Assembly: GCA_017499595.2 (NCBI GenBank)
Contig: CM038998.1
Location: forward strand, 2,790,001-2,854,000
DNA: 64,000 nucleotides
Direction: 5' to 3'
Origin: Psilocybe cubensis
Lineage: Eukaryota
Made by a program: the position numbers and the translations under genes. Below, piece after piece: positions 47,652 through 64,000 of this stretch. Below the pieces are notes generated by a model. It saw only the letters and a list, made by a program, of their open reading frames with translations, made no database searches and was not told the origin of the DNA. Each line of letters opens with the position of its first letter. Position 1 is the first letter of the stretch.

Positions 47652-49660
47652 CTAGGGTTCAAGTCTCTTGGGATCTCTCGGGAACAGAGATGCCCGTCTT
47701 ATGTTATTGAGTTTGAGGAAAAGCATCAGCACGCGCTCCAAACCAATTCCTCCTCCACCATGAGGAGGGCAGCCCATGCGGAAAGCATCAACATAGGGTT
47801 TCATCGATTCAGGATCGACTCCTTTGCTGAGCATCTTTTCCGAAAGAACTTTAGGGTCATGGATACGCTGCGCTCCAGAAAGAATCTCCTCGCCCCGCAT
47901 GAAGAAATCGTACGAATTCGACAATGTCTGCCACGGGTATAAGCGCTCCACAGCATTAAAATCATAGCATAAACACTTACGGGATCTTCTGGATCAGGCA
48001 TAGTGTAGAATGGGCGCAGCGCCATAGGGAACTTGTCAATAATATAATAGTCGGTGTCATACTTGGCCTTGATGAGCCTGCCTAGTCTCTTCTCATTTTC
48101 TGTGCTGGAGAATATCATGTGTGAGTATTTTTTCCTAACCCTGCAAAGATAACAAAAAGGTACCTAAAGTCATCCAGGTCTTCTCTGGGAACTCCGTCTT
48201 CAACGAGGATTTCAACAGCTTCTTTGAACGAAAGAACCAAGGTACCCTCAGGTCCTTCCCTCCACTTGAAGTCATCTGCTGGGAACTGCTTCTGGACAAC
48301 GTCTATTTCTTTTCTATACTTGTCACGGAGGCCGCTGAAAATGTGTTTGAGCATTCCATCAAGCATTTCCATGACTTCATGGTAATGCTCCTCAATGGCC
48401 ATCTCGAGATCAAGACCGATAAACTCTGTCATATGGCGGTGAGTGTTGGAATCCTCAGCACGGAACACCGGTCCAATTTCGTAGACTCGCTCAAAATCTG
48501 CGGCAATAGCCATTTGTTTCGCGAGTTGTGGAGATTGAGCCAAGAAGGCGTTACCTATTAAGTGTCAAATGAGATACATGAACAATTATCTATATTGAAT
48601 CTGATCTTACCCTTGAAGTAACTGACTTTGAAGACAGATGCTCCTGACTCTGTTGCAGCTCCTTGAAGTTTTGGACTGTGGATCTCCATGAAACCATTGG
48701 CGCTTAGGTATTCACGGAAGAGGTCTCCAATGGCGCCCTGCAGCCTAAATACGGCTTGATTGGTTTGCGTCTATGCGATCCTGTTTAGAATATATTTTAA
48801 GACTTGCGATTTTACTTACTCGAAGGTCGATAACCCGATTATTTAAGCGCGTCTCGAGGAGAACACGGTTGTACTGGACCTCAGCATTGGCATCTTGTTC
48901 CGGACGATTAGCATCCTCGACGGTGAATGGCAATCGAGAGTCCAATCCTGCAATCAAATGAATCTACGACAAATTAAGAAGATGCAACGAGTCGCGTTTT
49001 GATTCATCTTACCTTGGAGATATGGATTTCTACATCGGAGACGGACGCGCTTTTGATTGGCTCGGAAGTTTTCTCTGCGACTCCTTCAATGAGCACTATA
49101 CTCTCATCGGCCAAACCTGCAGCCCATTTGACCATCTGCTTTGAAACTTTCTCAGGAGTCACCACTAGAAGACCTTGAATGGAATCGGTGCGTTGGCGCA
49201 AATTGAGAAAGACCATTTTGTTTCCCTGGGCTCGTGAGGTCTGCACACGAGCACGAATAAGCACAGGTTGGCCGACGCGGTTGGATAGCGATGCAATCTG
49301 ATCTCTCGCACGTCGTGGACGTGACTGAGATTGATTCAGCGGAAGAGCGCCGTAGAATTCTTTAGCATAATCCTGTGTCGCAAAAGATGTGAATCAAGGA
49401 ATCTAGAGATTAGATATTGGACTGACGACTTCTGCATCCGCCTTCTGCTGAGCCAACTCTTGTTGTTTTGCAGCCTTTTCAGCAGCCTTTGCGGCCTTCT
49501 CAGCGGCTTTGGCAGCCTTCTTGAGCGCACTTTTGGTGGGTGCGCCTTCGTCGTTCCTGGAAATAAGTATTATGAGACTGATCTTGGGGTGAAGAAGTCA
49601 TACATACTGATTTGGTTGCTCTGGAGGAGGAGTCTGGTTTGGTTGTTCGGCGCTGGCCAT
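47652..49660 (-). CDS. DPS1: Cytoplasmic aspartyl-tRNA synthetase
   Basis: OB fold, [20 protein letters not shown], motif 2 [15 protein letters not shown], motif 3 [19 protein letters not shown]. Confidence 0.96.
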
Positions 49661-49958
49661 TGTATATGAAGAATAAAAAGATGGAGAAAAGATTAGTTTG
49701 AAAAAAGAGAACTGGAGTCACTGACGTTTTTATGCTGGAGTCATGGAGGATGTGACTGATTCTGGACCGATAAAGTGCAGATAAGATTAGATTGGCGGAA
49801 GGAATCGGCTAACGGTCTAGGTTGACATGGCCGCACAAGGTCCGAAGGCCGGTGCAGTATTTCCGCCATCAATAGCATGAACGATCCTCCATTGCGCTCC
49901 TTTAAGCCCCGTTTCTTTTTTTCTCTCTTCCCTGAACACCCCGACTTTCTTGTATATC

Positions 49959-51514
<1,556 letters not shown>

Positions 51515-51872
51515 AAAAGGTTTCTCTTCCTGGAGCATACCCCCACGAACAAGCTATCTTCAATTAATACCTCTACTTACATAAAGGATGTTACTCTAGA
51601 GTCTACGCATTTTAGAATCTTAGATGTTCTTTCTATCTTACGTCGCAAGAGTTTTTACTCTGAGCTCAGGATTCATATTCAGGGCTCATCCACGTGATCG
51701 TGCTGGAGAGATGCTATGGGAGGTTAGAGTTAAATTCAGGACGCTAACGCCAGGCATTGTTCCATTCCCTTTAAAACCTATCTATCACCAATAAGCGAGC
51801 CTCCACTTTCTCTTTCTTTCTTTCTTTCTTTATTGCCCTCTTTCTTTCTCAACCTCTCCTTTCTTTATGGTT

Positions 51873-53743
51873 ATGAATCCTCGACCTCCCTCTCCTACTC
51901 TTCCAGGCGCTTGGGCTTCCGCTTGGAGTCTGAGAAAGATCTTCAAATCCCAGGAAGGAACAAGTCCGAAATTCTCAGAGTCCGCCAAGCTGTGTTCCGT
52001 CGTTTGCGATACCGAAAATCCCCCCGCCGCCATTCCAAGATCGCCTGGTGTTGGGGGGTCGAACAGCTCAAACACATACGACGACGACAAAGCGTCTCTC
52101 TCCGCCTCTCACGACGACGACGAGTCCATCACTTCTGACGATTTCCACAGCTTCACTTCTGATGAGGTAGGCATTTCTCCATCTGCGCAGATATTAATTA
52201 CGTTAATAGATGTCGTACTCTTTAGGACATCACGCTACTGCCGGTTATATCAAATGCACGTATCGGTGTGGCGCACTGTTCTTGTCGATTTATTAACCGA
52301 TGGCTTTTACAGGTCTTCAACAGTGAAGGGGAGCAGAACAAAGAGGGAGAAACGACTCTTCCCGAGACACCACAGTCTAAAATTTTCTCTTCCGATATCA
52401 GCTCGACCCTGCATGATTCGGCCTCTCGGGAAGACGTCACCTTGTCGGATACAGTTCCTTCGAAAGTTTGTAGCACAAGTCCTACACGTCCTTCAACGAA
52501 ACTACCCGATCCCGCTCTGAATGATGACCTTGCCAACTCTTCATCGGATTCTAGGCTGTCTGAGGCCAGTTCTGGTACCCGTCCCCCTTCCACTGTGTCT
52601 CGGAGGACCTCTTCTTCAAGCAGTTGCAGCGATCGCTCTGTTGCTTTTAGGAGAATTGAAAATGAGTACGATGGCGAGTCTACGTATTCGAATTATTCTG
52701 GATTAAACTATCCACGCATGTGCACGTTAATTACAAGGCTCGGAAATGGAATCACCTCCGAACAGAGCCTTACCGCGAGTCATCCCCAAAACGTCTCGCC
52801 GGTCAGTCCAAGGCAGATACTACGAAGACGTTTTGAAAACGAATATCATGACCAACGAAATAACGATTTTTCGCTTTCTCAGCCTGACGGAAATGACCCA
52901 TGGACGCTTTCGCTCGAACCTACTTTGACTTCAGCAGAACCTTCGATATCGCAAACCTCTACTTCCTCATCCAGCGGGACTTCCAATACCTCAGAAGACG
53001 AGGATGCTCCCCGGCGATTCTTTCCAGCAGCGTATCCCTCCCGATCCCAGTCGTTCTTTCAACAGAGTTCTTCCAATCCTTCGCGTGTACGTGCAACATA
53101 TGACACAGAAGTTAGTACAACTAGGCGCGGCTCAGAGAACTCCGTGTATGCACTTTCGCGTGAAGAGATATATGCTCCTGAGTCGGCAAGCCCACCGCGT
53201 CCTATAGGAGAAGATGCTCCACGACCACGGAATGTTGTTCAGAAGACCAAGGAATTCTGCAGCAAATTCAAGAAACTCCTTGTCCCCAAAAAGGCACCCA
53301 AACCGAAGGATGTCAAAGGCCTCTTACACGATTATCCGCTGTCCGACCACATATTCAGCAGTAATGCCCCCGTGCAACCAATTATTCCGCACCTTCTTCC
53401 CCCTTCTCCGCGAGAGGTATCACCCTGGTCGTTCGTTCGTCGTCGGGGAATGCAACGGGAACCCAAAATGTCTTTGCCAACCATGCCAAATCCCGAACAT
53501 CGATCTCAACGCATAGTTCAGTCTTCCACCACGAGCGTGGATAAGCATTCTTACGAATACCATGCAAGACCCAAAACTCTGGAGGAAATAAGATCCAAAA
53601 GGCGATTTTCTTTGCCTGTATTTTCTGGACCGCCTGCTGGCCAGCCCAGCGGCTCGATAGGCCACTCACATTTGGCCTACTCTTACCAAAGACGTCCTAT
53701 GGCAAGCTCAATTCACTCTGCTAGTCAGACAACAGCTTCTTGA
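51873..53743 (+). CDS. Hypothetical Ser/Pro-rich, probably disordered protein
   Basis: ORFs 51867-52520 and 52268-53743 can be joined by an intron of about 52168-52312; no recognisable domain. Confidence 0.55.
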
Positions 53744-53865
53744 CGCAACCAATATCACTTAATGCGACACATTATTCTCACCAAAGTAAAACTGTACCAC
53801 ATTACAACTTGTATATTTCTATTATTTGCCCCCCTGAGTTCTTTATTTTTATGTAGATTATTCGA

Positions 53866-55153
53866 TCATATATCAAGATCTTCGTCTGGGTCGTCGTCGT
53901 CGATATCATCTGCAGAGTCTGGATCGTAGAATATCGCGGCTGGAGCACTACTTGTCATAGGTTTTCCTGCGTTTGACTTTGTGTGAAAAAAGAAACTTAA
54001 TAACTAAAAAAAGTAATATTTCACCTTCATGAGCGTACGGCAAAGGCACCTTGGCTCGGGATTCCTGCTGGGAAGATGTCAAGCTAAGATTGAATGGCAA
54101 ATTTTGCGTAGGATCCGGTGCTGTGGGTTGTGCGTGCTGTTCGCGTATTAGTGGAGAAATGCGGATGGGATTTAGAAGATTTACACATACTTCTTTTTGT
54201 TTTTTTGTTAGGTCCATTATGCTTTCCAAGTCGGATAGAGCGCACGGTCCCCCTAGAGCAAGCGACCATCCCTCCAAGACGCGTTCTACGCCGCGCTTTC
54301 TACCCGCGCCTTCTCTTACAATAAGCTCAACGACAAGCTCCAACGTGCTTCCACTGCCCTGTCCTGCCGGTCCAAAAACGATACGTTCTGTGTCATGCAC
54401 CCTTTCGCTGACCGGAATAAACACACTCCAGAACTTGGGCAAGGGCGAGATGGGAGGTGGAGGCAACAAGAACTCTGTCGTTAGATGGGCGATGAGTGCC
54501 GGTGGGTGGACAATGGCATGTGAAAGAGAAGGTGAAAACGTTGTTTGTGTTATCAACGGCAGCAGAGGCGAGGGTGATTGGGAGTGTAGAATAATGCGTA
54601 TGTCTATATTTGTAGGATGATAACTTTTTTGAAGATGCCTAACCAGATCGAGAAAAACATACCAGAATGAACTTTCGCGACCGCATAAAGCTTGGAAAGA
54701 GATCTGTACGTCTCTGAAACAGATCCTATGTCTTCCAACAGAGTATCGACCGAGTCGACAATGATGTTAATCGGTCCCGAGTGGCTTTCTACCGCTAAAT
54801 CGAATGAAAGGATCAGGATCGGTTAAATTTGACAAAGCCGATTCAATTGACGCACCTTTCGTCACAATCGCCAGCAGTTCGGTCTGTAAGTCTGCTTCAT
54901 TGTAACCTGAGACTCGATCTGTCCAATCATAGACATTCAGCGAGGTCGTCGTTTTCTCATCGACGAGACTAGAAGGCGGATAGAGCAGACAGAACAAGAG
55001 GTTTTCACGATCGATCTGTTTGCCTTTGGCGCCGACATTATTGGTCAGTATAGACCTTAGGACAGGCAACCCGCTCTGCGCCAAAGACGACTGGACGATA
55101 AGTAGTGGATGCCTATGGGCCTCATCGTTCAGGATCGAAGAAAAGAGTGACAT
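53866..55153 (-). CDS. ELP5: Elongator complex subunit 5 (Iki1/Elp5)
   Basis: C-terminal NLPFNLSLTSSQQESRAKVPLPY and IFYDPDSADDIDDDDPDEDL signature. Confidence 0.8.
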
Positions 55154-55290
55154 CTTTGAAAGAGTTGGTCATGGTTTGATCTAAAATTGGGAGCCCTTTG
55201 CTGAACATTTTGGTTTACATCATCAAAAGTACTGGGTTTCCTCCACAAAATGGTATTGTGCATGCACTAAACGCGATACATGTAAATAAG

Positions 55291-56140
55291 CTAATTAGCC
55301 TTTTTAGACCATGTTTCTCTATCCAAGTAGCGCACTCCGAGATTCCACTGCAATATACCAACCTTTTTGGTGTGATGGTCAAGCTCGAAACCTGCTGACC
55401 GTAAGCAAGGACGAAGGTAGGAAACTAAAGGTGAGTCCGACGCTTCAATGCGCTCAAGTTTTGGATCATTGTTGAAAGCATGATCCACTGCATATTTTAG
55501 TAGATCGTCTTGGATTTTAGAGGGCCGGAACTGTTCTTCGACGTAGAAGTGCCGGATGACCGCCGTCTTAGGCTGCTTTTCGATTTTCTTTGTCTTTCCA
55601 GATGGTGTTGCCGCGTCCATGGCAATAAGTCCAACAAATGTCTGACCATATTCGAGCAGCCAAAGCCCCGAAGATGGTTGTTGAAAATAATACTTGGATA
55701 TATCGGCGAGGTCGGGATAACGGAGTATTTCTTGGGTCATCTCTTCAAAAAATGGTCGATTTATCCTAGCGAAAGATTGAGTAGCTACTTTTTAAGCAAT
55801 ATCAAGACACACACCAGTCAATGAAAAACATTATAGGGACTGCTATAGACGCTAGTGCCGGCAAAGGTTTCAGGTACTCCATCCAACCGTGTTGGTCTGC
55901 AGGCCACCACTTCAACCAGTATATCATCAAAGATGAGAGGCCTGCCCAGATAGCAATTGTCAAAGGGTGTGCGTACGCTGTTTACTTGATAAGACGCGTG
56001 TCGAACTACATCAACGAAATATAGCTACCCTTGTTGTTTGCGACAGCCAGAGCCTGAAGGTTGGCCTTGGAGACCATAAATTGTACCAATTTTCTATCCT
56101 CCGGAGAATAAGGTCGAATCTGCGCGACGGGGTCTGCCAT
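55291..56140 (-). CDS. GNAT-like acetyltransferase with N-terminal membrane segments
   Basis: IRPYSPEDRK start, hydrophobic middle exon, DLADISKYY, LWLLEY..FVGLIA, IRHFYVEEQFR, AGF. Confidence 0.6.
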
Positions 56141-56308
56141 GATGAGAGACGGAAGACAAGCTTAGGCCGGACATGATGATTTGAGTTCGGTAGAGCGCCC
56201 TGAAAGTGAAAAACGCGGGTTGAGAACGCACGTGGGTGGCTGATCTAATTTTGGCTGAAGCGTAATCTTATCAGCTTGCGAGTTGCTCTCCTATTCCACA
56301 ACCAGACC

Positions 56309-57833
56309 ATGCTCATCAACAAGACCTTTCATGATATCCCTACCAAGCTCCACCCAAACGGGAGGCCTATACGTATCTTTGTGATAGCTCCAGTCATTCC
56401 AGATTACCCCGATGCCAAGTTCCCTGGTATGTGCTTGCTTTGATTGGGCCGCATTTCATTTGAACTGATTCCTGGTGATATCTAGGCGTTGTTGTTTTCA
56501 GGTTTGTGTTCTTGTATCTATTACGGGTTATAGTAAGCTCAGAAAGGTGACTCGATAGTGAAATATATCAAGTAACAGGCCCTGTCGAACGATTTGCAGG
56601 CCAGATTGCAAGCCAAGGATTCGTTGTCGGTCAGTAACATCAAATCCATACGACCCCATATTCAGCGTAACAAAATTAGCATGCCCATCTGTATACCACG
56701 AGTTTGAAGGACCAGAGCCGATCCCCTACGATACTGAAGGTATTTGCATTGTGAACCATAATCATCGCTACGTCTAACATGCATAAGGCACGGACAGAGG
56801 AAACAACTACAAGGTCAGTGCCTAGCACTTTTTTTGCTCGCTTTTTGGATACCATGCATCTTTTAGATTGAAAAAGAGCTCGCCGCCTACGACGAAGTGC
56901 GTCAATACATGATTTTTCAGTTATGACCTTGACAGGATACTGTTGTATTTATCAAGGATGCAACACTCGCGATTGATTTGCTAACTTCGCTAAAAAATTG
57001 CAACGGAAGGATAGCAGGTACGGAACATCCACCAGCCTTTGTCTCCCTCGTGAATTGATGACCCGCATTCAGCGACTGGCATGTGCCTAGGTGGGCATTT
57101 GGTGCGCCCACAATCTCTTCTCACTGCACACTCGGAACCGAATAACCAGTAATAACCTTAATATGCAATCAGGCATTCCGTGTATGTCGTCATTTCTTTA
57201 GCGCCCATACTCTTTTCATCTTAGCTTGATACCTAAATAATGTCTCTTGTGATAGGCGGCGTTCGACCCACGAGTTCTTGCGTCTGTCTGCTTCTTTGCA
57301 ACAGATATCCACAGCGCTTCTCTAGGAAAAGGAAAGAACGACGACTCTTTAATCAAAGTTCAAAAGGGTGACTTGAAAGGCAAGGGTGAACTAGTCGTGC
57401 GTCATTTCTTGTCTTGAACGGACATATCATCACATTGACAAACTGCGCACAGATGATCTTTGGCAAACAGGTACGTCGTTGAAATTATACTCCAAATGTT
57501 CCTGCTGGGCTTCAATATTCTGAGCCAGGACACCCATGTTCCTCGCCAAGGAAGAGATTTGATCCGTAAAACCCTGGAAGATGCGAATGTACCGGTTTCA
57601 GTGAGTCTTTGACACACATCTATGCGTCTGAATCTGAGAGAGAGATTTGGCAATAGTTCTTGGAGGTACAAGCCCAGCATGCCTTCATTAGAGACGAACA
57701 TTCAAAGGGCAGATGGGACGCAGCATTGACCAGGTCTCTATTCACGTTCATGATGGAAGTATTTGAAAGAACAGTAGGAAGAGACCTCGGTCGAAGGGTC
57801 GTTCAGAGTACTGAGCCTGAACATGTGTGTTAA
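56309..57833 (+). CDS. Dienelactone hydrolase family protein
   Basis: 13 exons splice to GVVVFSEIYQVTG, nucleophile elbow GMCLGG, FGKQDTHVP and HAFIRDE. Confidence 0.88.
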
Positions 57834-58144
57834 CTTTGTGCAACCAAGAGCAAGTTTGTCGCAGGCAATAAATTCCCATAAAGCTTGATGTTTATTTTTT
57901 GGACGACGACCAGCTTACACAGAACAGTGTAACGCTATCCCTAGGACTACAAGAAATACAAGACGCAGAGAGCTTTTACGGACATCGATAGAGGGCATGT
58001 GGCGAAAATTTGACGCCAGGCTTCGTTATCATGAATACAGATGTTAAGGAGCAGGAAAAACACGTTGCAAATATGAGTACTTGTGAAGAAAAGAAAAAGA
58101 AACTAGCGAGATGAAAGAAATGATACAATGATTCTACATCTAGT

Positions 58145-59944
<1,800 letters not shown>

Positions 59945-60384
59945 TTTGAGTTAGTTCTGGAGGAGATGAATGTGAGTACTTGATCTGGAAGAAAACAACG
60001 AGCAAGGGGAAAAGGAGGACATCTGGCTGGGGGCGATGGGATCCATCGGTAGACAGCGAGGGGGGCTGTCGGGGACGACGAGGAGAGGGAAAAAAAGAAA
60101 AAAGGACGTACTTTTTGTGTGAGTGTGAAGGAGGGAGAGAGGAAGATGGTGGTTAAGAGAAAAAAAGGACAGCGGAGTGTGTGCTAGTTATACTGCCTCC
60201 CAATCCAAATTTTTTTTATCGATAGATCTGATTGATCAGGTAATCGATGACTCGGTGCTTGTCGGCGGCTCCGGCTGATCTGATCCGGGGGCCGCGTGTT
60301 ATTTTTGGATCATGTTTGATTCTGTAATATTTCTACAAGCATTGTATCCTACGCTAATTGTACAAGTCACTCCAGTTGCTCATC

Positions 60385-62155
60385 CTATGTCCACCCTCCA
60401 TCGCCTGCCAGAAAGCGACACTGTAGGATTCTCTCAAATGTAGGCCGCGCGCTTATATCTACCTGCAGGCATGCTCGCACAAGCGCCGCCGCGTCGCCAA
60501 GCGCCCCTCCGCCATCTTGTTCCTCACCGTCTTTTTCTTTGCCCTCGGCGCATCGTTCATCCAGTGAGATCGCCGCGTTCGCAAATGGCGACGCAAGTCC
60601 CTCCTGCGCCTCAGCCGCCGTCATGAACGGGCATTCTCCTACCAGCAGCACATATGCAACCACCCCAAATGCCCAGACATCTTGCTCTTTCCCGTAGTAT
60701 CGCTCGCCCCGTAGAATTTCGGGTCCAGCGTAGTCCAAGCTGCGCGATCGAATTAGCATGTGCATTTGGGAGACAACGTGGCCACTGACGTTCCGCTGAA
60801 TGTATCCCATCCGCTCTTCTTCACAAGCCCAGAGCTTCCAAAGTCTATCAATATACATTTGCCATTAGGGCCTAAAACTACATTTTCATCTTTGATATCG
60901 CGGTGGACTGTATGGTTGTTAGCTATGTTCGATGAGGAGAACAGAATTTGTTTACCAATTCCATGCATGTGAAGAAAGCAGACAGCGTCCGCAATTTGGC
61001 CCAGGTACGTCCGGATAAGCGATGGAGGCAGGCCTTGCGGATAAGATTCGACCAGATCGAACAGGTCAGACGGCGGTGATGGGTCATTTGGCTTTCGTTC
61101 TGGCGTCGTGGACGGCAGAACCAGATAATAGTAATGACTATCCTCAAAGAAGTCGAGAAGCGGGCAGATATTGGGGTGGCCTTTCACCACCTGACCGTCT
61201 TGCCAATCGAGCTGCTCGGACTGTGTGTTGTCACGCACTGTTGATTTAGAGAATCGCGCTGGATCCCATGGTCGGCGTGGGGGTAACACATAGGTTGTAT
61301 TGGAGATAGCAGACATGACATATATTTCGATCGGGATAGTGCCATGTTTAGGGTGTTTTTTCCAGCAATCCGCTAGGATGCGCGACTTGATTACTTGTTT
61401 GATAACCAAAGGGGGCTATACGACGTGTGGTGAAATGTGTCCCGAGGAAGTACAGGTATTGGAATACTTACACCAAGCGATCCGTCTGCTTGCACCTCTC
61501 GTGCTCGTTTGACCAGCCCGTACGCACCCCTACCGATTTCTCCCTCGATGACGAATTCTGATATATTTCTACCACCCAAGAAAGACTGCTCCGCCGATGG
61601 CGATGGTGCACGGGTGCTGACGTTACTGAGGATGCTCCCGGAACTCGGAGTGCGACGCAAGTTGTCTGAAAGCATGGGAGGAGGAGAGGGCGGCTCGATG
61701 GGGGCGATGGATACACGTCCGGCGATCAGAGAAACTCTTTGCTGCGAGGATCTTCTTCGAGGACGCGGAGACGACGGCGAACGAGCCAACGGAGGAATAT
61801 TAGGCGTTGTAGGACGACATGATAATGGCTGTGGAATGGATTGCGGAGAAGAAGTCATAACAAGGTTGATAACAGGGGACTTGTCTTGAAATGAATTATG
61901 GTGCTTGCGGCCATGTGAGGTTTGAGGCTCGGGCACCGGATCCGCGTTATTTTCCTCTAGTTCCTCACTTGGCGTAGACAGCGTCCCCGACGCCTTTGAC
62001 CGCTCTGGCCTTTCATTCCAGTCGAACCCACGACCAATGGAGGTTACACCCCAGCTGCCGACGCTCGCTGTCCGATACAGTCTTGGTGCACTGAGTGGAG
62101 TGGAGTTCCAGTCGTCGTCATCAAAGGTAATTCCAACAGCGGAGGCCGAAAGCAT
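60385..62155 (-). CDS. Ser/Thr protein kinase, PAS-kinase/PIM-like (CAMKL); 5' end uncertain
   Basis: GRGAYGLV, VIKQVIKSRILAD, GTIPIEI, HPNI, HRDIKDENV, DFG, YAGPE, DVWAFG. Confidence 0.85.
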
Positions 62156-62771
62156 ATATTAGAACAAGGACGATTCTAGTATACTCACTGTTCTCTATGG
62201 GACAGATGAGCGTAAGTAGAGAAAGAAATCAAGACCCGTTCTCGGCGACATCACTAGTCCAGAGAGGTCTCAGGTCACACAGGACCCCGTGCCCATTCAC
62301 TGCCCCACACGTGCGCTGACAGTGGACTTGGGGTAATGCAGCGCTGAGGTAGGGTAATTAGTCTACTTTTGCCAATAAACTTTCATTATAAACCTCTGCT
62401 CGGCGTACCAGCGCCTTAAGTGTCGTTTCCGCGCAACAAAGGGCATTCCGTCAATTGAATACGTTCCGGGGTTGGCGGTGTTCGGGGTACTAAATTATGT
62501 AAGCAGCTTCCGGTCCACCCACCGCCAAAGTTAGCCATCGTCAACGCCGTCTCCCTCAAGCCCAACAACTGTGAGTATGCCTCCCAAACTTCTGTCTTTT
62601 GTCCCCAGGCCGCCGTATGCATGCTATTCGACTCCTCTCGTCCAGGCAGAATCGCTGGAATCCGTGGATTTGGGCTGGATGGCTGCATAGCATGTTGGAT
62701 AACGTCTTGGCCATGTTGGGACTCCGACCACTACAAATTTCGTTCTGACACCCTCTTTCTTCCAGTTCGCC

Positions 62772-63366
62772 ATGGCCATCAAAATCGTCAAGAAGCGCAC
62801 CAACAAATTCAAGTTTGTTCCTTTCTCGTGGATTCTCAAGTCGTTGCTCTGACTCTGCAATAATTAGGCGCCATCAATCCGACCGCTACCATGGAGTGAA
62901 GGAGTCATGGAGAAAGCCTAAGGGTATTGACAACAGGGTCAGGCGCCGCTTCAAGGGTCAAACCCCCATGCCCAAGGTGCGCGTTTTCGTCTCATATATG
63001 CCTCTGGAGTGTACTCAGAAATTTCGCAGATTGGATACGGATCCAACAAAAAGGTTTGCCTGCATTTCAAGCTACCCCAAGTTCCACCCATTCATTAGTT
63101 CCCGCCTAGACCCGCCACCTTCTCCCCAACGGCCTCAAGAAGTTCCTTGTGAGCAATGTCCGAGAAGTCGACCTTCTCCTCATGCACAACAAGTCTTTCT
63201 CTGCTGAGATCGCCCACAACGTCAGCAGCCGAAACCGCGCTACCATCCTCGAGCGGTACGTATCCTATTTGGACTTGTATAATTTGGTGCTCATATTTCG
63301 CATAGTGCCAAGGTTTTGGGCATCAAAGTCACCAACGCCGAGGCTCGTCTGCGGTCAGAGGAGTAG
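62772..63366 (+). CDS. RPL32: 60S ribosomal protein eL32
   Basis: [60 protein letters not shown]. 5'-UTR intron 62571-62765. Confidence 0.95.
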
Positions 63367-63652
63367 ATTTTCGGTGGTTCATTTATTCCAGTCCTCTTCA
63401 TGTATCATCACGTATGCTGTTAATCCACATGCGCCCATGCAACCCACATTATGCAAGCTATCTCTACGATTCTTTCCCAACCCAAAAACAGTAGAAAATC
63501 AGTGCAATCTGCTTGAGTCTGTCACGTCGTCACTTAGTATAACGCTTCCTGATTAGATTATCTACATGTACAGTGAACTCTCTTGAGTTGCTACTAATAT
63601 CCATCACCTAGGTGTTCACATTCTTCTGACTACGCCGCAGGTTGAAAAGACG

Positions 63653-64000
63653 ATGCGAGTTCTTCTAACTCGTTAACTGCGGCGTATTGGCACCACTGAC
63701 TGTGATTTGACGATAAGCAGGGCTACAAGGAATGCATCACACGCCGGATCTTGGTACACTGCAGATGGTGATAGACAACCTCAGACAATGTGCTATGGAC
63801 TAATCCCATTGCAGGCAAAACCCTTGATGCTGAGTTGACCCAATGGCTCAAGGAAGTAGGAGAGACACAGGAACCGTACCCTATCAAAGGGTGCAAAGCT
63901 ATCATCGCACCGTCAGTCTGATTTCCCTGGACTGCGCCTCATAGCTAACTGTAAACTGATGGTAATAGGCACGCTGGGTATTCCTACTCTGGACCCACCG
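63653..64000 (+). CDS. MEMO1/Mho1 family protein, 5' part (runs off the window)
   Basis: ATRNASHAGSWY, KAIIAPHAGYSYSGPT. Confidence 0.85.

Overview
Gene-dense, intron-rich fungal chromosome segment. Short GT-AG introns, CTRAC branch points and the gene content point to a mushroom-forming basidiomycete (Agaricomycetes); the species cannot be determined by eye. It holds about 33 protein-coding genes, mostly housekeeping (eIF3h, ZRC1-like, SPF30, RIO2, NAT4, NDUFB11, GCV3, mitochondrial EF-Tu, PEX14, GRIP golgin, PIL1-like, eIF4E, MTM1-like carrier, VAM7, SNF4, SSH4-like, AspRS, aspartate aminotransferase, ELP5, dienelactone hydrolase, TEF1, PAS-like kinase, RPL32, MEMO1). There is one intact, very recent Ty3/Gypsy chromovirus (12769-18459) with identical 142-bp LTRs, a 5-bp TSD, a self-priming PBS, a -1 frameshift pseudoknot and a duplicated PPT. 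There is also one 347-bp hairpin MITE (27162-27508). The best candidate for an undescribed system is a head-to-head pair of anciently diverged paralogous basic/coiled-coil proteins (8532-9797 minus, 10322-11343 plus). They share three intron positions and exon lengths and flank a GATC-rich bidirectional promoter, suggesting a co-regulated heterodimeric regulator. All gene models were spliced by eye and family calls come from recognised motifs, not database searches.
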